The notes beneath the pieces were generated by a model, which saw only the letters and a list, made by a program, of their open reading frames with translations, had not been told where the DNA came from and ran no database searches. Positions 37,719 through 44,856 of a stretch of 64,000 nt of DNA are shown here, piece after piece (the first letter of the stretch is position 1; the number at the start of each line of letters is the position of its first letter). The stretch lies in UHGV virus genome UHGV-0286546. The stretch is one strand, 5' to 3'. Origin of the DNA: a virus. Both the position numbers and the translations under genes were made by a program.

Positions 37719-37778
37719 ATGATGAAAATGATGTTTAAATATATTAGATTTTATAAACAGCTCAATCGAGGTGTATAA
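37719..37778 (+). CDS. 19-codon leader peptide MMKMMFKYIRFYKQLNRGV (candidate attenuator leader for downstream tRNA cluster)
   Basis: RBS AGAAGGG; first 13 codons are only ATG, AAA, TTT, TAT, ATT, AGA = codons of the downstream phage tRNAs Met/Lys/Phe/Tyr/Ile/Arg(TCT). Confidence 0.5.
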   Translation: MMKMMFKYIRFYKQLNRGV

Positions 37779-37811
37779 TTTTCTATTACGTTTTTATCAG
37801 ATAGAATTTAA

Positions 37812-37850
37812 AAGCCTCGAGAATAAGAATCGAGGCTTTATTATTATAAG
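37812..37850 (+). terminator. intrinsic terminator (AAGCCTCGA-N9-TCGAGGCTT + T-rich) between leader ORF and tRNA-Tyr
   Basis: 9-bp perfect stem; leader 3' end contains identical TCGAGG able to compete for the 5' arm. Confidence 0.6.
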
Positions 37851-37855
37851 TTTTT

Positions 37856-37940
37856 GGTTGGGTCGCATAGCGGCAATTGCTGGAGACTGTAAATCTCTTC
37901 TCTTCGGAGTTCGTAGGTTCGAGTCCTACCCCAACCACCA
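37856..37940 (+). tRNA. tRNA-Tyr (anticodon GTA), class II
   Basis: Acceptor GGTTGGG/CCCAACC, anticodon arm GGAGA-CTGTAAA-TCTCT, long variable arm, T-arm GTAGG-TTCGAGT-CCTAC, CCA. Confidence 0.8.
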
Positions 37941-37945
37941 TTTAT

Positions 37946-38023
37946 AGAGAGGTAACTCAGTTGGTCTAGAGTATTCGCCTGATATGCGAAGAGTCGTGAG
38001 TTCGAGTCTCACCCTCTCTACCA
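37946..38023 (+). tRNA. tRNA-Ile (anticodon GAT)
   Basis: Acceptor AGAGAGG/CCTCTCT, anticodon arm TTCGC-CTGATAT-GCGAA, T-arm GTGAG-TTCGAGT-CTCAC, CCA. Confidence 0.8.
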
Positions 38024-38042
38024 AATTATTTAGGGAGCATTT

Positions 38043-38600
38043 TTGTTGAGTTATAACAGATTAAAAAATTTTAGAAAATTACGAAAACTAGCTATATTAC
38101 AAGGATTTGGCGGAAAATGTCAATGTTGTGGTTATAACAAATGCGTTCAAGCTTTAGAATTTCATCATTTAAATTGTAATGATAAAGAATTTTCTATTAG
38201 TACCATTATGAATAAAAACTGGAACGAAATAAAAAATGAATTAAAAAAATGTATTTGTGTGTGTGCCAATTGTCATAGAGAAATACACAATAATTTATTA
38301 GAAATTGATGTTAATAAACAATATTTTGACGAAAACGCCGTACAAGATTATGAATGTGCTATAAATAAGGTAACAAAATATAGCAAATGTCCAATTTGCG
38401 GAGCATTAAAACCAGAATATAACAAATTTTGTTCTCGAAAATGTGCCGCGAAATCAAGAGATAGAGTAAATTGGGAACAATACGAAAGTTTAGTTTATAT
38501 TATTGATAATAAAATTGAATCTATTAATAGTATTGCTTCTAAATTAAATATTTCTTGGCAAGCTGTAAAGAAAAGATATAAAAAATTAAAATCGCAATAA
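38043..38600 (+). CDS. HNH homing endonuclease (185 aa, TTG start with AGGGAG RBS) inserted inside tRNA operon
   Basis: CQCCGYNKCVQALEFHHLNCN ... CANCHREIHNN = HNH/zinc-binding signature. Confidence 0.7.
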   Translation: MLSYNRLKNFRKLRKLAILQGFGGKCQCCGYNKCVQALEFHHLNCNDKEFSISTIMNKNWNEIKNELKKCICVCANCHREIHNNLLEIDVNKQYFDENAVQDYECAINKVTKYSKCPICGALKPEYNKFCSRKCAAKSRDRVNWEQYESLVYIIDNKIESINSIASKLNISWQAVKKRYKKLKSQ

Positions 38601-38617
38601 AGATTTGAATTATTTAT

Positions 38618-38693
38618 GGTCATGTAGCTCAGTTAGTAGAGCACCAGACTGAAAATCTGGGTGTCGTTGGGGCGGAACCAACCGTGACCACCA
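38618..38693 (+). tRNA. tRNA-Phe (anticodon GAA) with atypical T-loop GGCGGAA instead of TTCGAAT
   Basis: Acceptor GGTCATG/CGTGACC, anticodon arm CCAGA-CTGAAAA-TCTGG, T-stem GTTGG/CCAAC, CCA encoded. Confidence 0.65.
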
Positions 38694-38699
38694 TTTATT

Positions 38700-38775
38700 G
38701 GAAGTATAGCTCAGCCGGTAGAGCAACGAGCTTTTAACTCGTGGGTCATGGGTTCGAATCCCTTTGCTTCCACCA
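38700..38775 (+). tRNA. tRNA-Lys (anticodon TTT)
   Basis: Acceptor GGAAGTA/TGCTTCC, anticodon arm ACGAG-CTTTTAA-CTCGT, T-loop TTCGAAT, CCA. Confidence 0.8.
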
Positions 38776-38783
38776 ATTTTTAT

Positions 38784-38860
38784 GGCGATGTAGTTCAGCC
38801 GGTTAGAACGTATCCCTCATAAGGATAAGGTCACTTGTTCGAGTCAAGTCATCGCTACCA
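38784..38860 (+). tRNA. tRNA-Met or Ile2 (anticodon CAT), second CAT tRNA
   Basis: Acceptor GGCGATG/CATCGCT, anticodon arm TATCC-CTCATAA-GGATA, T-loop TTCGAGT, CCA. Confidence 0.75.
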
Positions 38861-38913
38861 TCTTTTTAAATTTTAAGTTCTAAACATAAAATGATTATTA
38901 CGGAGAAATTTTT

Positions 38914-39390
38914 ATGCCTAGAATTATAAAACATACAGATAAAGTTTTAGTAGAACGCTGTGAAAGTTATTGGTTAAGTCTACGACATGTAAATAGTTAT
39001 TTACCAGGGATAGAAATTTTTAAAAATCCGTCAAAGTCTGATCTTTTAAAAATGTTAAGACAAACATCTACAATACGAGGATTTGCTGATCACGAAGATG
39101 TAATTGTATGGAATGGAGAAGAAGAAATTCATGGTACAATCGAAAAGGCAATACGACAAAAGTATGGTGATGATACTTTTTCAGACGGTAAGCATAGGAT
39201 AGCAAGATTTCAAGTATTTAGAGATAAAAATAACCTTTTAGGATTTGAAGACAATGAGGGTCCCGATACAGATGAGGTAACGAATGAGTTAAAACAAACA
39301 CTTTTGGGTAACCCAAATTTCACTAAACTCTTTTCGAAAGAAGAAATACTAAATGCACAATCTCATCACATTATAGACGATGAAGAATAA
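38914..39390 (+). CDS. hypothetical protein (158 aa); leaderless paralog of 42557..43102
   Basis: Shares blocks LKERCES, TIRG(F/L)AD(H/N)EDVI(V/I)W(N/D)G, NPNFT(K/R)LFS(K/E)EEILNA(Q/D)SH with 42557..43102. Confidence 0.6.
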   Translation: MPRIIKHTDKVLVERCESYWLSLRHVNSYLPGIEIFKNPSKSDLLKMLRQTSTIRGFADHEDVIVWNGEEEIHGTIEKAIRQKYGDDTFSDGKHRIARFQVFRDKNNLLGFEDNEGPDTDEVTNELKQTLLGNPNFTKLFSKEEILNAQSHHIIDDEE

Positions 39391-39452
39391 ATAAAATTGT
39401 TTTACTTTTATTAAAAATAATATATATTTATTTTAAATAGCTTTGCATTAGA

Positions 39453-39529
39453 GGATTCTTAGCTCAATTGGATAGAGCAATAGCCTTCTAAGCTATGGGT
39501 TGCAAGTTCGAATCTTGCAGAATCCGCCA
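39453..39529 (+). tRNA. tRNA-Arg (anticodon TCT)
   Basis: Acceptor GGATTCT/AGAATCC, anticodon arm ATAGC-CTTCTAA-GCTAT, T-arm TTGCAAG-TTCGAAT-CTTGCAG, CCA. Confidence 0.8.
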
Positions 39530-39577
39530 TTTTTTTATTATTTTCTGTTTTACATTTTTTAATTATGGTGTATTTTA

Positions 39578-39855
39578 TTAATATCTGTTATGGCGGAAGT
39601 ATAGACGCTAGATGGAGTGTGGAGAGAGGAAGTGAATCCGGAATAGCTTACCTCGCAGATGAAAAGAATACGGCCGAAAGCGGTGAATAATCGCAATCGG
39701 AGAAACCGTAGAACGGAGGCTCAGACGGGATGCAAACTAACCAATTAAGTCACAATTCGCGAAGTGATGTCATCGAGCCCAAAACAAAGACCACACGTTC
39801 TAAAGGGTTGGTATTTTCTTAATAGTATATCATGGCTTTAGATAACAGATATTAA
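39578..39855 (+). ncRNA. candidate structured non-coding RNA / IR-bounded element: GC-enriched 250-nt ORF-free core flanked by perfect 14-bp inverted repeats TTAATATCTGTTAT / ATAACAGATATTAA
   Basis: No ORF >=60 aa on either strand; GC much higher than flanks; sits in tRNA island directly 3' of tRNA-Arg (T4 encodes stable RNAs C/D in its tRNA region, a precedent). Confidence 0.4.
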
Positions 39856-39887
39856 CAAAGTATATAGTGAAAGGAATGAATAAATAG

Positions 39888-40295
39888 ATGTTGGAAAAAA
39901 TAAAAGAAAAAATTAAAGATTGGTGGTTTTCTAGAGATAGTATTTTTAATTTTTATTTCTCAATATCTTCATCTGGTATTTTTATAAATTTTACTATATT
40001 AGATTACGGTATAGATTTAGATATCACTATTCCGTGTATTCTTCCTAGCTTCTATATTAAAACCTTTTATGAAAAAGAACAAGAAATCTTTACAAATAAA
40101 TTTTGGGGTGAACAGTTTACATTTGTTTCTGATTTGCGTACAGAATTTGGTACAGGTTGGTTTGTTAATCAAGATCATGCTGGTTTTAGTGCTCAAGCGT
40201 CAATTTTAGGTTTTAATTATAGTTATGAATTGAGAGATACAAGGCATTGGGATTACTTTAAAAATTGCTGGAAGAGCTGTTCAGAAGATAAATAA
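39888..40295 (+). CDS. hypothetical protein (135 aa), F/W/Y-rich
   Basis: ORF. Confidence 0.5.
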   Translation: MLEKIKEKIKDWWFSRDSIFNFYFSISSSGIFINFTILDYGIDLDITIPCILPSFYIKTFYEKEQEIFTNKFWGEQFTFVSDLRTEFGTGWFVNQDHAGFSAQASILGFNYSYELRDTRHWDYFKNCWKSCSEDK

Positions 40296-40350
40296 ATAAG
40301 ACATTCTAAAGTTCTAAGTATATATTTGGTATATTTAGGACTTTTTATTT

Positions 40351-41106
40351 ATGAGTAGATTCAGAACAATTGTAGAAAATATCATAAAAACTTTTACAGA
40401 AGACGCGTTCTCAGACAGAGATAGATATAAAGAGGCAATTGATGTATATCTTAATGTATTAGATAAAATGGAACCGTCTCTAAATACAGATAAAATTATT
40501 ACAGATAGCGCAGAATGTGTCAGTTTACAAGTAGATACACCTCATGGTCCTCTAATTGTTAGTGTTTCTCTAGATAAAGATGTACATAATGCCGGTGTAT
40601 ATTATCCAGAATACAACGCTATTGAACTTAACATACACGGTATAATGGATTTGAGTGATGAAACTATAAACATGACAGATCCGATTACCGGTGAAGAAAA
40701 TGTTACAGGTATAAATGCTAAATACTTATATAAAATTTTATCTTCTCGTGCCGTTCAAGATACATTTATTCACGAATATACCCATTTTATAGATGATAAA
40801 ACAAAGTACTCCATGAAAAAGCAAGCAGATACATATAAAAATATAGATTATTTCAATAAACCTTACGAAAGAAATGCGTTTTATATTGCTTGGTTAAATA
40901 AAATCGTTTCATATACCTATAAAAAATATGGTAAAATAATGAAAGAGTTGACACCAGATGAACGATTAAATTTTTTAAGAAATGCTTGGAAAGAAGACGA
41001 AGAATTTGTAGAATATTATAATAAACTTGAACCTGCTGCAAAGAAAAGATTTATGTCAAGATTATATAATTATTTTAGTACTGATTTCTGGTCGGATGCT
41101 GCATAA
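40351..41106 (+). CDS. leader-family member (MSRFRTIVENIIK) with HExxH zinc-metallopeptidase motif (251 aa)
   Basis: DTFIHEYTHFIDD = HEXXH; conserved N-terminal decapeptide. Confidence 0.55.
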   Translation: MSRFRTIVENIIKTFTEDAFSDRDRYKEAIDVYLNVLDKMEPSLNTDKIITDSAECVSLQVDTPHGPLIVSVSLDKDVHNAGVYYPEYNAIELNIHGIMDLSDETINMTDPITGEENVTGINAKYLYKILSSRAVQDTFIHEYTHFIDDKTKYSMKKQADTYKNIDYFNKPYERNAFYIAWLNKIVSYTYKKYGKIMKELTPDERLNFLRNAWKEDEEFVEYYNKLEPAAKKRFMSRLYNYFSTDFWSDAA

Positions 41107-41123
41107 CAAAAGGTAGATTTAAA

Positions 41124-41708
41124 ATGAGTAAAATAAGAACAATTATTGAAAATATCCTTTATGAAGGTGATAAAAAAATATTTGATAAAGAATCTGGATA
41201 CAATAGCTCTAAAGATGAGTTATATATTTATGATTTACTTAAAAAGAAATGGCCAGATGTTAAAATGAGCTATACCAGAGATGATTTTATTAATCCAGAA
41301 ACTCATCGTCATTTTCAATTAGATTTTTACGTACCTTCTGAAAATATGGGAATACAGGTAAATAAACATTGGAAACACGGTAGAAGAGTATATGATCCAT
41401 CTGATCCAAATTGTCAAAAAGATGTTCGTTGGTTAAAAAATAAAGGTGGAGATTTTTATAACAAAGTTTTGCATACCTGGACCGAATTAGATCCTATTAA
41501 ACGAGAAGTTGCAAAGCAAATAGGTATGAAATACGTAGAAATCTTTAATTTAGACGAATTTAATACTTGGTACAATAATCCAGAATTAACATACGAAGAA
41601 TATAAACAGGCTCCAGATTCTTTACAATACGACAGTGATGAATATTTTGCTGCAAAAGCTAATAATCGTGATATTTATGGTAATGATTCCGATCCGTTAG
41701 GTGCATAA
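41124..41708 (+). CDS. leader-family member (MSKIRTIIENILYE), possible nuclease-like fold (194 aa)
   Basis: Conserved N-terminus; FQLDFYVPSENMGIQVNKHWKH loosely PD-(D/E)xK-like. Confidence 0.5.
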   Translation: MSKIRTIIENILYEGDKKIFDKESGYNSSKDELYIYDLLKKKWPDVKMSYTRDDFINPETHRHFQLDFYVPSENMGIQVNKHWKHGRRVYDPSDPNCQKDVRWLKNKGGDFYNKVLHTWTELDPIKREVAKQIGMKYVEIFNLDEFNTWYNNPELTYEEYKQAPDSLQYDSDEYFAAKANNRDIYGNDSDPLGA

Positions 41709-41774
41709 TTACGGTTTTACTTTTATTTTAATATAAATTATTATATATAAAATTTAAAATAGATAGGTATAAGA

Positions 41775-42530
41775 ATGAGTAAGTTTAAAACCATCGTAGA
41801 AAATGCATTATATGAAGTTGGAGCATTGCCTTTTCCAAAAAATATTCAAGTATATGCTAAAAAAGAAAAAGTAAATTTATTTGAAATTAAATATTTACGA
41901 AAAGATGGTAAATTGGATGAACCAGGTGGAATTTGTTATGCTAAAACTGGAATTTGGAAAGATATCCGTGAAAATGAAAATGCTTTTATACGCACGCAAT
42001 TAGATGAAAAATTTAGACCAGATCAAGGCAATTTTAGTAAATATCGTGGTGGTATGATTGTATTTGCTCTGAGTGTCAATACTGTCATTGATAAATTGAA
42101 TTATAATCAATTAGTTGCAGAAATTAAAAAGATTTGGTATACCTTAATAAACAATACCTTTAAAAATAAAATGATTAAAGGTGTAGTTAATTCTATGAAA
42201 AATACTTATGCTAACATTGAAGATGCAGAGATCGGAGGTATTACAATAGGTAATAACTTTAAAGGCATGTATTTTGATGGTAATAAAGTATATAATGATA
42301 AATCAACGAGTTTAGAAATAAATGACATTTCTAGTGAGATGTTGTTATTACTAGCTATTGAAATTTGTAAAGCATTTCGTCAAGATAGCGTTTTAATCAA
42401 AGATTTCAATAAAAATAAATTCTTTTTGTGTGATTCTGAAGAAGTAGAAGGCGAAATTCCAGAAGAAAAAATAAAAAACGCTTCTAAAGACTTAGCAAAC
42501 TTAAAGAATGTAAATACAAAAACAAAATAA
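41775..42530 (+). CDS. leader-family member (MSKFKTIVENALYE), 251 aa hypothetical
   Basis: Conserved N-terminus. Confidence 0.55.
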   Translation: MSKFKTIVENALYEVGALPFPKNIQVYAKKEKVNLFEIKYLRKDGKLDEPGGICYAKTGIWKDIRENENAFIRTQLDEKFRPDQGNFSKYRGGMIVFALSVNTVIDKLNYNQLVAEIKKIWYTLINNTFKNKMIKGVVNSMKNTYANIEDAEIGGITIGNNFKGMYFDGNKVYNDKSTSLEINDISSEMLLLLAIEICKAFRQDSVLIKDFNKNKFFLCDSEEVEGEIPEEKIKNASKDLANLKNVNTKTK

Positions 42531-42556
42531 TGTATGATTTAGCAGAAAGTATAATT

Positions 42557-43102
42557 ATGAGTAGATTTAGAACAATTGTTGAAAATGCTATTGCCAAAGT
42601 AAATAAAAAACTTTTAAAAGAACGTTGTGAATCGCTTTTTATAGCACCAATGAGTCTACATAATGATGAGCGAGAAGTAGTAGAAGTACTTTATAATCCT
42701 TCGAAAGCAGAATTCAATAGAGCATTTAGAGAATGGGGTACTATACGAGGACTTGCTGACAATGAAGATGTAATTATTTGGGATGGATATAAAGCTGTTC
42801 ATGATTCAGTAAAAGAACAATTAGAAAAACAGTATGGTGCAACCTTTCCAACTAATTACGGGACATTATGCAGATTTGAAACAACACGCGAATATCCATT
42901 AATGCTCGAAGATGATACAAAACAGTATAGTCATGGTAAAGAATTAGATCCAGTAAAGCAAACCTTATTTAAAAATCCTAACTTTACACGATTATTTTCA
43001 GAAGAGGAAATACTAAATGCTGATTCTCATAATTTTGCTAATGGAGAATTCGGTGAGTTTCAAAATGATCCAGAAATATTAAAAAAGTTTGGATATGATT
43101 AA
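42557..43102 (+). CDS. leader-family member (start at MSRFRTIVENAIAK; track ORF starts 27 nt earlier), paralog of 38914..39390
   Basis: Family N-terminus at internal ATG; body homologous to 38914..39390. Confidence 0.55.
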   Translation: MSRFRTIVENAIAKVNKKLLKERCESLFIAPMSLHNDEREVVEVLYNPSKAEFNRAFREWGTIRGLADNEDVIIWDGYKAVHDSVKEQLEKQYGATFPTNYGTLCRFETTREYPLMLEDDTKQYSHGKELDPVKQTLFKNPNFTRLFSEEEILNADSHNFANGEFGEFQNDPEILKKFGYD

Positions 43103-43105
43103 AAA

Positions 43106-43136
43106 TTGCTTTACAGATATAAAATTTTATGATATT
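43106..43136 (+). promoter_or_regulatory. sigma70-like promoter TTGCTT-N18-TGATATT (module copy 2)
   Basis: ~90-bp region homologous to 37647..37735. Confidence 0.5.
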
Positions 43137-43173
43137 GTATAAATATAAAATAAAAAAGAGAGTTCTATAAATT

Positions 43174-43239
43174 ATGATTAATACGAATATTTTACATTGT
43201 TGGTGTCATCATTTACTTCACAGAGGTGTTGATGCTTAG
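43174..43239 (+). CDS. 21-codon leader peptide MINTNILHCWCHHLLHRGVDA (candidate attenuator leader for Cys-His-Trp tRNA cluster)
   Basis: RBS AAAAGAGAG; CAT TGT TGG TGT CAT CAT ... CAC = 7 of 21 codons are His/Cys/Trp, exactly the three tRNAs immediately downstream. Confidence 0.5.
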   Translation: MINTNILHCWCHHLLHRGVDA

Positions 43240-43272
43240 TTATACGTGTTAATTCATAAAATTATTAGTTTC

Positions 43273-43308
43273 AAGCCTCTAGGATAATTACTTTCTAGAG
43301 GTTTTTTT
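43273..43308 (+). terminator. intrinsic terminator (AAGCCTCTAG-loop-CTAGAGGTTT + T7) between leader ORF and tRNA-Cys
   Basis: 10-bp stem + TTTTTTT; leader 3' end AGAGGTG can pair with the CCTCT 5' arm. Confidence 0.65.
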
Positions 43309-43313
43309 ATTAT

Positions 43314-43387
43314 GGACTGTTGGTAGAGTGGTTATACGTTAGTCTGCAAAACTAATTACACAAGTTCGAATCTTGTACAGTCCTCCA
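43314..43387 (+). tRNA. tRNA-Cys (anticodon GCA), U73 discriminator
   Basis: Acceptor GGACTGT/ACAGTCC, anticodon arm TTAGT-CTGCAAA-ACTAA, T-arm CAAG-TTCGAAT-CTTG, TCCA end. Confidence 0.75.
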
Positions 43388-43430
43388 ATTTTACGCATAG
43401 AAGTATATATCAATAAAATGGTCTATTCTT

Positions 43431-43506
43431 GTGTGCGTAGCTTAATTGGTAAAGCGTCGGTTTGTGGTACCGAAGGATACGAGTTCGAATCTCGCTGCTC
43501 ACCCCA
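43431..43506 (+). tRNA. tRNA-His (anticodon GTG), C73 discriminator, no encoded G-1
   Basis: Anticodon arm TCGGT-TTGTGGT-ACCGA, D-arm GCTT-AATTGGTA-AAGC, T-arm ACGAG-TTCGAAT-CTCGC, one acceptor mismatch. Confidence 0.7.
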
Positions 43507-43512
43507 CTTTAT

Positions 43513-43586
43513 AGGGACTTAGTTTAATGGTAAAACACTAGTCTCCAAAACTAGATATAGGAGTTCGATTCTCTTAGTCCTTGCCA
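43513..43586 (+). tRNA. tRNA-Trp (anticodon CCA)
   Basis: Acceptor AGGGACT/AGTCCTT, anticodon arm CTAGT-CTCCAAA-ACTAG, T-arm AGGAG-TTCGATT-CTCTT, GCCA end. Confidence 0.75.
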
Positions 43587-43589
43587 ATT

Positions 43590-43940
43590 CTAACGATATT
43601 TAAAGTATAATGTATCTGCTTCATATCTTATTCTGTTATAACGTATTATATTTTTTACATCTTCTATATCAGAGTCTGGAACAGTAAACCATTCACCACG
43701 CATTTTATAATTTTTACGACGTAATTCTCTATGTATTAATCTTTCGATTTTAAGTAAATGATTTCTTTCACATTCAAATTCTTCAGTAAACAATAACACC
43801 AAATCATTCGGATGTCCGGTTTGTAATTCTTTTATTCTTTTATTAGGATCTTTAGATATACCTACTTTTATATGACCGTTATTATCTCCAATCATATACA
43901 TATAATCTAAAGGTTGTATTTCATCATTTATTATTTGCAT
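43590..43940 (-). CDS. T5orf172/GIY-YIG-like (MUG113-type) domain protein, putative homing endonuclease
   Basis: YMYMIGDNNGHIKVGISKDPNKRIKELQTGHPNDLVLL ... GEWF matches T5orf172 core. Confidence 0.65.
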   Translation of the reverse strand: MQIINDEIQPLDYMYMIGDNNGHIKVGISKDPNKRIKELQTGHPNDLVLLFTEEFECERNHLLKIERLIHRELRRKNYKMRGEWFTVPDSDIEDVKNIIRYNRIRYEADTLYFKYR

Positions 43941-44050
43941 ACTTATTAGAATACTTAATCTCTACAAAATAACAAAATAAATTTCAATTAACGGTTTTAC
44001 ATATATAGTCAACAATAGTAAAATGTAATTATAGATAAAAGGAAAATGTC

Positions 44051-44842
44051 ATGGTTAAAAACTATTACGAAATATTAGAAGTACATAAATTTGCTTCAGA
44101 TACTGAAATTAAGCGTGCTTTTTACAAGTTAGCTAAAAAGTATCATCCTGACATTAACCCTAAAACAGCAAACTTATTTAAAGAAATTAATGAAGCTTAT
44201 CATGTTTTAATTGATCCTAAACTAAGACGTGAATATAATAACAGCTTAAATACAGAAGTTCCGTTCACTTTAAACGAAGATATTTTTAAATCCTCTGAAA
44301 ACGATTCATTAGTAGATATTCTTAATAATGTAACCAAACAAACAGAAGACCTGAATAAAGAATTAGAAGAACTTATAAACTCTTTTGATTACTTTGAAGA
44401 TGGACAATACTACTATAATCCAGAAAAAGAAAGTATCTTTAGAATTATAGATGAATTTAAAACATTTAGATTTGAAAACGCTGTTGCTGCCATATGGAAT
44501 AGAAATGCAATTAGTATCTTCGGCGCGGCATTTGTTTTCCTGCTGAGTTTTATTTGTATTTTGTTTACTAAACCATTTAAACTCTATAAACATCTTACTT
44601 ATAAAAAACGTAACTTTGCTTGGTTAAATCATATTTCCAGATTAACTAAAGAAAATAAATTGTTTTTTACATTGTGCTGGACTATTATCTTAAATATTTT
44701 TAGCGTAAGTAGGCTAATTTATAATATTTTATATTCTACTGTATGGATTTTCAGTAAGATTTTAAAATACTTCTTGATTCCAGCCGCTATTATATTTGCT
44801 GCCACATTTAGAGTTGCTTTCTATAATCCAACAAGAAGATAG
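44051..44842 (+). CDS. J-domain (DnaJ-like) protein with C-terminal transmembrane segments (263 aa)
   Basis: [33 protein letters not shown] = J-domain with HPD; 3 hydrophobic helices in C-terminal half. Confidence 0.75.
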   Translation: MVKNYYEILEVHKFASDTEIKRAFYKLAKKYHPDINPKTANLFKEINEAYHVLIDPKLRREYNNSLNTEVPFTLNEDIFKSSENDSLVDILNNVTKQTEDLNKELEELINSFDYFEDGQYYYNPEKESIFRIIDEFKTFRFENAVAAIWNRNAISIFGAAFVFLLSFICILFTKPFKLYKHLTYKKRNFAWLNHISRLTKENKLFFTLCWTIILNIFSVSRLIYNILYSTVWIFSKILKYFLIPAAIIFAATFRVAFYNPTRR

Positions 44843-44856
44843 CAGAGAAGTTTAAA

